Source of the DNA: Patescibacteria group bacterium
GTDB taxonomy: Bacteria > Patescibacteriota > Doudnabacteria > UBA920
Reading direction: 5' to 3'
DNA: 64,000 bases
NCBI GenBank assembly: GCA_013387205.1
Contig: WARV01000008.1
Coordinates: 128,136 to 192,135 of the forward strand
Shown here: positions 32,774-43,072 of the stretch, one piece after another
How positions within the stretch are numbered: position 1 is the first letter of the stretch
Layout: the number at the start of each line of letters is the position of its first letter
Program-made: the position numbers and the translations under genes
The notes under the pieces: model-generated
Told to the model about the DNA's origin: nothing
The model's database searches: none
What the model saw: the letters and a program-made list of their open reading frames with translations, nothing else

Positions 32774-33445
32774 ACGTATTATATTCCATAGGAGGAAACA
32801 AAATGCGACTCTTCAACGGACCGCCCACGCAGTCCAACTTCACTCACAATTACTTTTCCTTGGCTTCCACGTCCGAGTCCGCGAAAAACTGACCGCCGGC
32901 GCCGGCCGCGAACCAGTTGAGCAGTGATCGAAAGGAGAAAGATGGACAACTGGCATCCTACCGGTTTTACCTAGACACTGCTGCAGTCGGCAGTGTCAAC
33001 CAAGAACCCTCTTGCCGGGCAATTTCCTGCCCGCCGGCCCGCCCGCGAAAATTTCACGGCTGCGCGGCTACAAGCCTGGCAATACAAACGGGGCGACGGC
33101 CTGAGACCTTATGGTCAATACTTTGGCCGCCTGCCAATACATCGTTCCATCGTTGATGTTGTTGTTACGCCAGCGAGCGGCGACAGGACATGCGATTAGA
33201 CCAGAAAGTTTTGGCTCGGTACCGCACCTGCGCGCGCCATCATCCCCATGGGGATGATGGCATTGGGCTGGCGTTGGGCAGCGCGGGAGATATCCCTAAC
33301 ATTGCTGCCCAGAGTGGTACCCGCTATCTAGCGGGGATGTGTAGTACGCGGGGCCGCACCCCCGCGAAAGACGCCGGCCGGCGCATAAAACCCGCGCCGG
33401 CCCCAACAAAAGCCCCTAGGACCTAAAAATCCTGGGGGCTATTTA
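32774..33445 (+). ncRNA. Candidate large structured RNA or small-ORF transcript
   Basis: GC-rich, many hairpins, bounded by consensus promoter and terminator (33411-33449); SD-led ORFs of 29 aa (32803-32892) and 10 aa (32942-32974). Confidence 0.4.
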
Positions 33446-33686
33446 TTTTGTCATTGCGAGCGACTGAAAGGAGCGCGGCAATCTGTACATCAAGAGATTG
33501 CTTCCACCTTCGCTAAAGCTACGGCGGACAAGTCGGATGCACTCGTGATGACGGACCAAAATCTACTTATCCACATTTAAATTTTGCTTATCTTTGACAA
33601 AATACAACAATTATCTTAATATACGGGTGCTATTGTTTTTATACTGTCCTGATATTTTCGAAAATTTTGTCCCCTAAGGAGGGGGA

Positions 33687-33794
33687 ATGAATACATTTTG
33701 GTCGGTTTTTTTGCTTTTCGCTGTTTTTTTGATCTTACGGCACATGCTAACCCATGGCCGCAGAGGTCGCAAATGGTCAGGAATGATCACCTAA
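33687..33794 (+). CDS. 35-aa single-TM peptide (MNTFWSVFLLFAVFLILRHMLTHGRRGRKWSGMIT)
   Basis: SD AAGGAGG; promoter TTGACA-17-TAATAT at 33594-33622; hydrophobic then basic. Confidence 0.55.
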   Translation: MNTFWSVFLLFAVFLILRHMLTHGRRGRKWSGMIT

Positions 33795-34115
33795 AAACAG
33801 CAACAAGTTCCGGTTGTCATACCGGATGTATCACACGGCGTACCAATGCACTTAAACGGCAAGCCTGATATTAACGGCAAATGACCAACATACCAAAATC
33901 AGAGTCGATATCCTCACAAGGTGAACGAAAAAGCCGCCTCAGAGTAGCGAGGCGGCTTTCTAATTGGCTGAATGGCTCATCCGATGGTTGAGGTATTCAG
34001 CCTATCAGTCTGATACGACTTATGTGTCCTATAGGACTTATTGGACAGATATGGAATAGGCGGTCAGATGACCGCCTATAAATCTTACATCTTATATCTT
34101 ACCTCTTATATCTCC

Positions 34116-37100
34116 TTATCCCACATCAACCATTGTTATCTCGTTCACTTCCCTCAAAGAAGACATTAGCTCTTCTGACATCCTGACTTTTGTCTGGGTC
34201 TTAATGTTTTTCGCGTTCGGCCCTGAGCCGAGCGAAATAAAAACTTGCGCATTGCCGGGATGCTTTTGTAAAATTTCTTTTATCTGGTTCAGTAATTCTT
34301 TGCTGCCCAAGCCCGTCATATGCAAAACCACGCGCTTGTTTTTTTCCATTTCAGACAAAGCCATTATATACAATTCATCATTCGGCAGCTCCCTTAATTC
34401 GTCAGCTATTAATTTAAATTCTTCGTCTTTATCGGACAGCCTTCCGCTGACTTGGACGATTTTGTCATTAGCTAAAAACGGCAAGGCTTTTTCCATCACT
34501 TTAGGAAAAACCAAGACTTCAATGTTTCCGCCTATGTCTTCCAATGTGAAAAACGCCATCGGGTCATTCTTCTTGGTTAGCGTGCGCTTAAGCCGGGAGA
34601 TAATCCCTCCCATGGTTTTGTATGTACCTAAGTCCTGCTGCGTAAGCTGCTTGACCGATGTAAAGCTTTTTAAAACCTGCTTGTAGCTGTCTAAAGGATG
34701 GGCTGATACATACATTCCCAAATGTTCTTTTTCCCATATCAGTTTTTCATCTTTGGTTGCGGGTACCGCGTCTTTCAATCTCAATTTTCCAATTTGCAAT
34801 GATTTCCCGAACAAAGAACTCTGCCCGGTGTTTTCCGCTTTAAAATGCTCGCGCATGAAATCCAAAACCTCTTCGGTGTTGGCCAAAAGCTGACCGCGCT
34901 CGCCAAAAGCATCCAACGCTCCAGCCTTGGCCAAAGCTTCCCAGGACTTCTTGTTCAAATTTTTGGTGTGCGCGCGAAGCAAAAAGTCTTCCAAATTTTT
35001 AAACGGCCCGCTTTCTTTTCTTTGTTCAATCGCTTTTAAAATAACATCGGAACCAAGATTTTTTATGGCGTTCAGGCCAAAGCGGATAGTTTTGTCGTCA
35101 ACCACGGTAAAATCGCCAAGCGACTCATTAATGTCCGGCGGCAAAACCGCAATACCCATATTCTCGCATTCTTCCACGGCAGCGTAAATTTTGTCTTCAT
35201 CGCCGCTTTCCGCGGTCATCAAAGCCGCCATGAACTCTACAGGATAATTCGCCTTCATGTAAGCGGTCTGGTAAGATACTACGGAATAAGACGCAGAGTG
35301 CGATTTGTTAAAACCATATGCGGCAAAAGGTTCAATCCAGGTCCAAACTTGGGTAGATTTTTCAAACGACCAACCAGCGGTTTTCTGGCAGCCTTCGATA
35401 AATTTGATTTTCTGTTTGGCCATTTCTTCAGGGATTTTCTTGCCAACCGCTTTGCGGAACTTATCCACTTCCTGCCAGGTATATCCGGCCAAATCGTGCG
35501 CAATAGATAAAAGATCATCCTGGTAAACCAAAACCCCGTATGTCCTGTGCAAGATTTTTTCCAAAGCCGGATCTAAATATTTTACCAACGAAGGATTGTG
35601 CTTGCGTGCGATATAATCGGGAATGAATTGCATTGGTCCCGGGCGATACAAAGCTATCATGGCCATGATATCAAAAATATTTGACGGCTTAAGTTCCTTT
35701 AAATACCTGGTCATGCCAGACGAGCCCATTTGGAACACGCCGAAAGTCAGGCCTTCGGACAAGAGCTTGAAAGTTTTCGGGTCAGGGTGGGGGAGATTGT
35801 AAATGTCTATTTTTACATTATGCCTGGCTTGGGCGATTTTTACCGCGGCTTCCAAAATGGACAAGTTGCGGATACCGAGCAAGTCCATTTTAATCACGCC
35901 AACGGCTTTGTTGTTGGCATTGACATCGAGCGCGTACATGTCGTATTGCGTGATAATGCGCTCGCCGTCCGGTTCTTTTTGAAGCGCCATGTAATCGGTC
36001 AACGGAGTCGGAGTAATGACAATTCCGGCAGCGTGGACCGATGCGTGCCTGGCGCAGCCTTCCAGCTTTTTCGCGATTTCCAAAATGCGGTTGGTCTCCG
36101 GGTCGCGCTTGTAAATTTCGTTCAGCTCCTGGTTCATTTCCAAAGCTTTGTCCAAAGTCATGTGAAAACCCTGCTTGCCAATGGGAATCATTTTCGCGAT
36201 CTGGTCGCACTTGGAATAAGGCACGCCCAAAGCGCGGCCCACGTCGCGCACCGCGGCCCTGGCCATCATAGTCCCGAACGTGATGATCTGCGCAACTTTT
36301 TCCTTGCCGTACCTTTCGGTGATGTAAAGAATCGCCTCGTCGCGGCGGTTGTCAGCAATATCCAGGTCGATATCGGGCGGGGTGGGACGGTGCATGGTTA
36401 AAAACCTCTCGAACGGCAATTCGTATTCCAAAGGATCGACATTGGTAATACCCAAAACGTGCCCGACCAGGCTTCCGGCCGCACTGCCCCTGGTATTGGT
36501 AATCGCGCCTATTTTATGCGCGCCTTCCACAATATCCGCCACCATCAAAAAATAAGTATCAAAGCCTTTTTTGCAGATAATTTCCAGCTCGTAATCCAAT
36601 CGTTTTTGGATGTCTTCCGGCAGCACCCCTTCTTGTCCGTATTTTTCTACGGCTTTTTCCTGGGCTGTTTTCTTCAAAAATTCTTCCGAAGTGTAGCCTT
36701 TGGGGATTTCCACCCTTGGAAAATATCGTTGGTCGATTTTAATTTCCAAATTGCACAAATCGGAAATTTCCTGAGTGGCTGACAAAGCTTCCGGCAAATC
36801 GTAAAATAGCTCCTGCATTTTTTCCGCGGATTTCAACGAAAGATCATACGCGCGCATGTCCAACCGTTCAGTATCGGAAACCGTCCTGCCTGTGCCAATA
36901 CAAACCATCACGTCCTGCGCTTCGCTGTCTTCGGGATAAATATAATGGCAGTCAGCCGTAGCTACTGTCTTTAGTCCGTGCTTTTTGGCCGTGCTGGCTA
37001 ATTTTTCCACCAAAGATTCTTCCGCCTGGTCCTTGTTTCTGGCGTTCCTCTGCAGTTCAATGAAAAACCTTTCGGCCCCAAATATATTTAAATATTTTTC

Positions 37101-37574
37101 CAAAACTTTTTCCGATTCCTTGGTAGATTTGGACATTAAGCTTCTGGCCAATTCGCCGCGCATGCATCCGGAAAGGGCAATTAAGCCTTCATTGTGTTTG
37201 GATAATAATTTAAGGTCGATTCTCGGCTTGTAATAAAACCCCCTAAGGTGTGCTTGCGTGGTCAGCTCGATTAAATTCCTGTAGCCTTCTTCGTTTTTTG
37301 CCAAAAGCGTCAGATGGAAATAATCGGCATCTATCCTGCCTTCCTTGTCATCCATGGAACGGGGAGCAATGTAAGCTTCCAAGCCGATAATCGGCTTAAC
37401 CCCGGTATCTTTGCATTTAGTGAAAAATTCGATTGTCCCGTACATTACCCCATGGTCAGTCAATGCCAAAGCAGGCTGCCCAAGTTCCTTGACCCTTTCT
37501 ACAAGCGGGTCAATTTTGGACAAACCGTCTAAAAGCGAATAATGGCTATGGCAATGGAGGTGGGAAAAATCCAT
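34116..37574 (-). CDS. dnaE: DNA polymerase III alpha subunit
   Basis: PHP domain HLHCHSHYSLLDG, RGSAAGS, PDIDLD, KMDLLG, YGFNKSHS, OB fold; no intein. Confidence 0.98.
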   Translation of the reverse strand: MDFSHLHCHSHYSLLDGLSKIDPLVERVKELGQPALALTDHGVMYGTIEFFTKCKDTGVKPIIGLEAYIAPRSMDDKEGRIDADYFHLTLLAKNEEGYRNLIELTTQAHLRGFYYKPRIDLKLLSKHNEGLIALSGCMRGELARSLMSKSTKESEKVLEKYLNIFGAERFFIELQRNARNKDQAEESLVEKLASTAKKHGLKTVATADCHYIYPEDSEAQDVMVCIGTGRTVSDTERLDMRAYDLSLKSAEKMQELFYDLPEALSATQEISDLCNLEIKIDQRYFPRVEIPKGYTSEEFLKKTAQEKAVEKYGQEGVLPEDIQKRLDYELEIICKKGFDTYFLMVADIVEGAHKIGAITNTRGSAAGSLVGHVLGITNVDPLEYELPFERFLTMHRPTPPDIDLDIADNRRDEAILYITERYGKEKVAQIITFGTMMARAAVRDVGRALGVPYSKCDQIAKMIPIGKQGFHMTLDKALEMNQELNEIYKRDPETNRILEIAKKLEGCARHASVHAAGIVITPTPLTDYMALQKEPDGERIITQYDMYALDVNANNKAVGVIKMDLLGIRNLSILEAAVKIAQARHNVKIDIYNLPHPDPKTFKLLSEGLTFGVFQMGSSGMTRYLKELKPSNIFDIMAMIALYRPGPMQFIPDYIARKHNPSLVKYLDPALEKILHRTYGVLVYQDDLLSIAHDLAGYTWQEVDKFRKAVGKKIPEEMAKQKIKFIEGCQKTAGWSFEKSTQVWTWIEPFAAYGFNKSHSASYSVVSYQTAYMKANYPVEFMAALMTAESGDEDKIYAAVEECENMGIAVLPPDINESLGDFTVVDDKTIRFGLNAIKNLGSDVILKAIEQRKESGPFKNLEDFLLRAHTKNLNKKSWEALAKAGALDAFGERGQLLANTEEVLDFMREHFKAENTGQSSLFGKSLQIGKLRLKDAVPATKDEKLIWEKEHLGMYVSAHPLDSYKQVLKSFTSVKQLTQQDLGTYKTMGGIISRLKRTLTKKNDPMAFFTLEDIGGNIEVLVFPKVMEKALPFLANDKIVQVSGRLSDKDEEFKLIADELRELPNDELYIMALSEMEKNKRVVLHMTGLGSKELLNQIKEILQKHPGNAQVFISLGSGPNAKNIKTQTKVRMSEELMSSLREVNEITMVDVG

Positions 37575-37757
37575 GATATTGATTTTACTGCTTTAAGGAT
37601 AACAAAAAAAACAAGAATTTGCTATAATTTAGATAAATAATAATTTATAATTTTCAATTCTCAATTTTCAGTGAATGTTCCAATGTTTCAATTCTTAAAT
37701 TGTCTCATTGATAAATTTATTGAAAATTGAAAATTGTCACTTGAAAATTTCAATAAC

Positions 37758-38630
37758 GTGCCTTACATAAAAGAAAAATTGGAACTGAAAGCGCAAGAAG
37801 CAGAGCTTTCGGCAGAAAAAGCCATAAACAGTTTTCCTCCAGCGCTAAAGTGGTTTTTTGTGGTTACGATTATTTCCTTAATTCCCGGCTACTACATTGC
37901 CAAATCCGTTTCAAAGGCAATCTGGGACAGAAAACTTAAACAATACCAAATTACTGCCAAGCCGAGCTTTACGGACGCCAAACCTATAACCATAAAAAAA
38001 ATTGACTTGGCTAAAATTTCCGATGGCTCTTTTTCCGCTGCCGCGACAATTGTCAATGAAAATCTGGAACTGTCCGCTGACCAGGTTCCTTACAAATTCA
38101 AGTTTTTCAATGATAAAAAAGAGCTGATCCAGGCTGTCGAGGATAAATTTTATATTCTTCCCAACCAGCAAAAATATATTGTAGTGCCGAAAATTTCAGC
38201 TTCAGAAACAATAGCTTCTGCAGAACTGGAGTTGCCTAAAGATATTCCCTGGATAAAAAGAATGCAAACACCAAAAGTTTCCCTGCTGGCTACAAACCCA
38301 AATTCCTACAATCAGTTCGATCCTTTATCTTTTGCGGTGGAAGGCAATTTTTTAAACACCAGTCCTTACCAGATAAAACAAGTCAGGCTGACGTTTTTAG
38401 TTTACGGCCCGGATAATAAATTCATTGCAGCAAACCAGAGGGATGAATTTACTGTTATTCCAAACGAAAGAAGAGCTTACAAACAGCTCTGGCCAAATGT
38501 ATTTGGGCCAGATGCTGCAAGAATAATAGTCCTTGCTGAAACCGATACCTTGGACAGAGGCAACCTAACCGCTCCCAAAGGAGCGCCCGGCCCGGAATCC
38601 GACCTTGGCAGGCCAGAAAACCAATATTAA
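37758..38630 (+). CDS. Hypothetical membrane-anchored beta-rich protein
   Basis: Single TM helix followed by a soluble domain; GTG start. Confidence 0.75.
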   Translation: MPYIKEKLELKAQEAELSAEKAINSFPPALKWFFVVTIISLIPGYYIAKSVSKAIWDRKLKQYQITAKPSFTDAKPITIKKIDLAKISDGSFSAAATIVNENLELSADQVPYKFKFFNDKKELIQAVEDKFYILPNQQKYIVVPKISASETIASAELELPKDIPWIKRMQTPKVSLLATNPNSYNQFDPLSFAVEGNFLNTSPYQIKQVRLTFLVYGPDNKFIAANQRDEFTVIPNERRAYKQLWPNVFGPDAARIIVLAETDTLDRGNLTAPKGAPGPESDLGRPENQY

Positions 38631-38721
38631 TTACCTGTCCACGAATTCACTAATTATCACGAATATCACTAATATAGATTTCGTGTAATTAGTGTTTATT
38701 CGTGAATTTAGTGGATAAATA

Positions 38722-39822
38722 ATGCTTCACTTTCTCAACAAATTCAAATACTCTGACATACCTTTGCAAATTAGCGTCCTGCTGCTGACGGTTTCCGGCT
38801 TGGCTATGCTCTACAGCATTTCATTAAGCAATGAAAACTTGGGGGCGTTTTGGAAGCAACTGGTTTTTTTAGGGATTGGGCTTGTCGGGTTTTTCTTTTT
38901 TTCTTTTTTCGATTACCAGACTTTGGCAAAAACCAACCGGGTTTTATACATTATATTTTTGGTCTTTTTAACTTATTTGCTGGTTTTTGGAGGCATTGTC
39001 AGGGGAGGCAGGCGCTGGATAGATTTCGGTTTTTTTGGCTTTCAGCCCGCAGAGTTCGTAAAGATTGTAGTGATTTTAGGGTTAGCCAGGCTGCTTTATT
39101 TAAGGCGCGGGCAGATAAATTCCTGGTCCGTGTTAATTTGGTCTTTTGCTTACGCGCTTGTCCCTACAATTTTAGTCGTTTTGGAACCTGACTTAGGGTC
39201 GTCTTTAATTATCTTAAGCATTTGGGCCGGAATCTTGCTGGTCAGCCCCATAAAGAAAAAATTCCTGGCAATTTTATTTTTGGCGTTTGTCTCCACGTGC
39301 GGCATCACCTGGAAATTTTTCCTGAAAGATTTCCAAAGGGACAGGGTTTTGGTATTTATAAATCCGGAGCTTGACCCCAGGGGTCGGGGATACAACGTCA
39401 AGCAGGCGACCATTGCAGTTGGCGGCGGACAATTAACCGGCAGGGGTTTAGGCAAAGGCGTCCAAAGCCAGCACAAATTTTTGCCCGAGCGGCAGACAGA
39501 CTTTATTTTCGCTGCCAGCAGCGAGGAACTAGGGTTCTTGGGATGTTCGGCCGTGCTGTCCTTATTCCTGTTTTTGTTTATCCGCCTTATTCTTATAGCC
39601 AAAAGGGCAAAAGACGACCTTGGCATGTATATTTCCTGCGGCGTGTTTTTTTTGCTTTTTTCGCACGTCTTGATAAACGTGGGAATGAACATCGGGCTGC
39701 TGCCGGTTACAGGCATACCATTGCCATTTTTTAGCGCCGGGGGAAGCTCGATGATTGTCACTTTTATCGGCTTAGGTATAGTGCAAAATATTGCAGTTCA
39801 ATCGAAAATATTGAGGTTTTAA
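38722..39822 (+). CDS. rodA: SEDS peptidoglycan glycosyltransferase RodA
   Basis: RRWI, FQPAEFVK, EPDLG, GYNVKQA.IAVGGG, LPERQTDFIF, PVTGIPLPFFSAGGSS. Confidence 0.93.
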   Translation: MLHFLNKFKYSDIPLQISVLLLTVSGLAMLYSISLSNENLGAFWKQLVFLGIGLVGFFFFSFFDYQTLAKTNRVLYIIFLVFLTYLLVFGGIVRGGRRWIDFGFFGFQPAEFVKIVVILGLARLLYLRRGQINSWSVLIWSFAYALVPTILVVLEPDLGSSLIILSIWAGILLVSPIKKKFLAILFLAFVSTCGITWKFFLKDFQRDRVLVFINPELDPRGRGYNVKQATIAVGGGQLTGRGLGKGVQSQHKFLPERQTDFIFAASSEELGFLGCSAVLSLFLFLFIRLILIAKRAKDDLGMYISCGVFFLLFSHVLINVGMNIGLLPVTGIPLPFFSAGGSSMIVTFIGLGIVQNIAVQSKILRF

Positions 39823-39916
39823 CCGTCGAATGTTATAATAAAGGTTACTCGGCTACGTCGCTAATAAATAAGCTGATAATTGAAAAATTGCAATTCTGAT
39901 TATTAATGCGGAAAGG

Positions 39917-40300
39917 ATGGCTATCATGAAAAAATACGATTTCAAAAAAGTTATGGAATGGCTGGGATACATTTTAAAATGCCCGATTTGCGGATACAAA
40001 TACAACATGGACCAAACCCAGGTCATAGACAGCGAACAGGATGACGTGTTCGGCGAAGCGAAAATTTTAATCCATTCCGACTGCAACAAGTGCAAAAGTT
40101 CAGTGATGTTCAATATTGAAATACGCGGCCCGGAAGTGTTCAGCGTCGGCATGGTAACGGATTTGACCGGCAAGGACAGCTCCAAGTTCAAGAACCGCAA
40201 CCCGATATCCGCTAACGAAATTATTGATTTGCACAAAGGCCTAAAAAAGTTTAAGGGAGATTTTGTCAAAGCTCTGACTATAACGAAAAATAAACAGTAA
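39917..40300 (+). CDS. Hypothetical Zn-ribbon protein
   Basis: CPIC and HSDCNKC motifs; terminator at about 40302-40333. Confidence 0.75.
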   Translation: MAIMKKYDFKKVMEWLGYILKCPICGYKYNMDQTQVIDSEQDDVFGEAKILIHSDCNKCKSSVMFNIEIRGPEVFSVGMVTDLTGKDSSKFKNRNPISANEIIDLHKGLKKFKGDFVKALTITKNKQ

Positions 40301-40353
40301 AAAACTGACCCGCGAAAGCTCGCGGGTCTTTTTGTTTGGAGGTTTACCACCGG

Positions 40354-40656
40354 TCAAACCTCGATATTGAATTTGCTCTTAAGGATCCTGCGGGCCTTGG
40401 CAGGAATAATGTTTGCATTCTCATGCAGAACCTGAAGTTCGCCGGTTGCTGACCTTTTGACCGAAACCCTATGGATCAGCCTCGGTTTGCCGGTTGCCAC
40501 AACCTTCCGGAGTTTCTTTATCTCCGCTTCCCTTGAGCTGCGCTGAATCTCTTCCCAAGCCGTCTTTCGGAGAGTCGCCCTAACCGAAACAGACCCGGGC
40601 AGCGATTTCAAATATTGTTTCTTGATCAGAACTTGCACCTCCTTTAAGGTTTTCAT
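40354..40656 (-). CDS. Hypothetical basic orphan protein
   Basis: About 100 aa from MKTLK; the upstream extension in the ORF track lies in repeat DNA. Confidence 0.5.
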   Translation of the reverse strand: MKTLKEVQVLIKKQYLKSLPGSVSVRATLRKTAWEEIQRSSREAEIKKLRKVVATGKPRLIHRVSVKRSATGELQVLHENANIIPAKARRILKSKFNIEV

Positions 40657-40931
40657 GATAAATTTAGCATAAAAATAACGACAAGCAAAGTGGTGAAGGT
40701 ATCCATTTGTCTTATAAGTCCTATAGGACCTATAGGTCGTATAAGACTGATAGGATAGCGAATGGCTCAACCCACGGTTGAGGTGTTCAGATGCCTATAA
40801 ACATTGGCTTTTCTAATTTACCCATCATCTTGCCAAAAATTGCTGAATCTGTTATAATCTACGCATTGACATTTTAAGACCGTGTGAGTAGGCAAATTTT
40901 GCTCATGGGCATGGTCGAGAGAAAGAATAAT

Positions 40932-41603
40932 ATGGATAAAATCCAGCTTAATGGCGAAAAAAGGGAAGTTAAGAGCAATCTTAACAAATTAAGAAAGAGC
41001 GGCAAGATTCCTGCTGTACTTTACGGCCACAAAGTTTTAAGCACCCCCCTGACGATTGATTTGGGTGTCTTTGAAAAAGTCCTGAGGAAAGCGGGGGAGA
41101 GCACAATTATAGATTTAGTTACAGATGACGGCAAAACCCATCCGGTAATTATTCATGACGTACAAAACCACTTTTTAACTAACCGACCCGTTCACGTTGA
41201 TTTCTACGAAGTCAGCATGACTGAAAAACTCAAAGCAGCCGTTACCTTGGAATTCACCGGCGAAGCCAAAGCAGTCAAAGAGCTTGGCGGTGTCTTGGTC
41301 AGGATTCTTAACGGCGTTGAAGTGGAATGTTTGCCGGCCGATTTACCGCACTCATTCGTAGTGGATATTTCCAAGCTTGCGACTTTCCATGATTCCATCA
41401 CTGTTGCCGACTTAGCTGTTTCGAGCAAAGTCAAAATCTTAACGCCGGCAGAAGAAGTTATCGCCAAAGTGCAGCCTCCCCGCGATATGGAAGCTGAACT
41501 TGCCACACCGGTCGTTGAAGACATATCAGCCGTTGAAGGCGCCGCTGAAACCAAGCCTGAAGAGGCAGGAGCAGCAGAAAAAACAGAAGAAGCCAACAAA
41601 TAA
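40932..41603 (+). CDS. rplY: 50S ribosomal protein L25 (Ctc-like long form)
   Basis: LRKSGKIPAVLYG, HVDFY, VECLPADLP, acidic tail. Confidence 0.96.
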   Translation: MDKIQLNGEKREVKSNLNKLRKSGKIPAVLYGHKVLSTPLTIDLGVFEKVLRKAGESTIIDLVTDDGKTHPVIIHDVQNHFLTNRPVHVDFYEVSMTEKLKAAVTLEFTGEAKAVKELGGVLVRILNGVEVECLPADLPHSFVVDISKLATFHDSITVADLAVSSKVKILTPAEEVIAKVQPPRDMEAELATPVVEDISAVEGAAETKPEEAGAAEKTEEANK

Positions 41604-41653
41604 TTTCACTTCCCCCGTCCTGAGCTTGTCGAATGGACGGGGGATTATCATTT

Positions 41654-42559
41654 ATGAAAAGAGGGGAAAAACTCGACAATAAAACATTGCTGATAATAAT
41701 CGGCGCGGTTTTGGCATTTGTTTTGCTGATTCCTGTTATCAACCTGATGTCCGGCAAAAAAGGCGGATCTCTTTTGCGCATGCCCGGCATTTTTACGCAA
41801 ACCATAACGCCCGGTCCGCCCAAAGACAGCCTGGCCGAAGTGCCTTCCGCATATACAAATAACGTGGTGTTGCGTATTCCGATTTTAATGTACCACCATG
41901 TCGGCCCGCTGCCTGGAAAGCCCGACGCTTTGCGAAAAGACTTAACCGTATCTTCGGAAGATTTTGAAATGCAGCTAGCGTGGCTTAAGGCGCAAGGGTA
42001 CGAATCTATCACCCTTTCAGATTTGCAATTGTTTTTCCAAAAAAAATTCAGCATGCCAAGCAAGCCGGTAATTTTCACGTTCGATGACGGATATGACGAT
42101 GTTTTCGCTTATGCACAGCCGCTTTTGAAAAAATACGGGTTTAAGGGAAGCTACGCGATTATTACCCAATTTCCAGGAATTACAATGGGCACGAATACTT
42201 ACGCATCCTGGCACCAAATTAAAGGCGCGGTTAAAGACGGCGCGGAAATTGTTTCGCACACGCAGGACCATTTTGACGGAACCGATAAAAAATACAGCGA
42301 TTCTTTTATCTTGCAAAATTATACGGATTCGATTAAAGATATAAAAAACAACCTCGGTAATAACACGACTGTTTTGATTTACCCGTACGGACATTACAAC
42401 GCCCATTTGATTGACTTAGCAAAAAAGGCAGGTTTCGAAATGGGAGTAACTACAAATTTCGGCAAAAGCGTAGGATTGAACAACCTGATGGAAGTTCCAA
42501 GAGTTAGAGTACACGGCCACGAAACCATGGAAACGTTCCAAAAACTTATAAATGAGTAA
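41654..42559 (+). CDS. Polysaccharide deacetylase (NodB/CE4)
   Basis: IPILMYHHV, TFDDGY, SHTQDH, YPYG; N-terminal TM helix. Confidence 0.93.
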   Translation: MKRGEKLDNKTLLIIIGAVLAFVLLIPVINLMSGKKGGSLLRMPGIFTQTITPGPPKDSLAEVPSAYTNNVVLRIPILMYHHVGPLPGKPDALRKDLTVSSEDFEMQLAWLKAQGYESITLSDLQLFFQKKFSMPSKPVIFTFDDGYDDVFAYAQPLLKKYGFKGSYAIITQFPGITMGTNTYASWHQIKGAVKDGAEIVSHTQDHFDGTDKKYSDSFILQNYTDSIKDIKNNLGNNTTVLIYPYGHYNAHLIDLAKKAGFEMGVTTNFGKSVGLNNLMEVPRVRVHGHETMETFQKLINE

Positions 42560-42774
42560 ATTTTGAAACCCTCTTCTCCTTGCCAGGAGAAGAGTTGGAG
42601 ATGAGGTCGAAACACGGCAACAGACCCAGATATATTTCACAAAGGGCACCCTTTATCAGATAAAGGGTGCCCTTTGTTGTGTCTGGTGAACGGCTCAACC
42701 CACGGTTGAGCCGTTCATTTACCCGATTTTGTTGATAATTTGTTTGTGTTATAATGCTCGAACAGGAGGCCTTA

Positions 42775-43035
42775 ATGGCAGAGGTAAGGTTTCTTACCGA
42801 CGATCGCGATTACCCGACAAGAAATGAGTTAGTCATTCAAGCCGGCGGGAACGGTGATTGGTACATATCTGTCGTAGACGAAGGAACAAAGGCTGTGACC
42901 GGAGTGAAAATTTGCACCTCTGGAGGAGCATCAATGTCCGTTCCAGGGCTTACTGTAGCCATAGCCAGAGCATTTCAGGCTATTAAAGATGCTGCGGAAG
43001 CCGGGATCGAAGGAGCCACGCATGTTCCTGACTGA
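42775..43035 (+). CDS. Hypothetical orphan protein
   Basis: TATAAT at about 42750, SD AGGAGG, terminator hairpin at 43050-43075. Confidence 0.65.
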   Translation: MAEVRFLTDDRDYPTRNELVIQAGGNGDWYISVVDEGTKAVTGVKICTSGGASMSVPGLTVAIARAFQAIKDAAEAGIEGATHVPD

Positions 43036-43072
43036 AGAAGCAACAAAAATAGCGCCGGGAAGTATTCCGGCG

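Noticed and set aside
32803-33426. Genome-wide TGA recoding (code 25 or 4)
   Set aside because: Core genes have no in-frame TGA, and TGA ends several ORFs (15598, 18562, 52721-51468 ahcY). Only local read-through remains possible.
32774-33445. RNase P RNA, tmRNA or SRP RNA
   Set aside because: No GAGGAAAGUCC P4 motif, no tRNA-like ends with CCA and no SRP helix 8 motif seen on either strand.
35730-36401. Long antisense ORFs over dnaE, dnaB, rodA, prfA and other core genes
   Set aside because: They overlap well-supported genes and show no recognisable motifs.
20419-37574. Inteins in DnaB, DnaE or GyrB
   Set aside because: Lengths are normal and no splice-junction motifs or large inserts are visible; the GyrB extra segment is a short charged loop.
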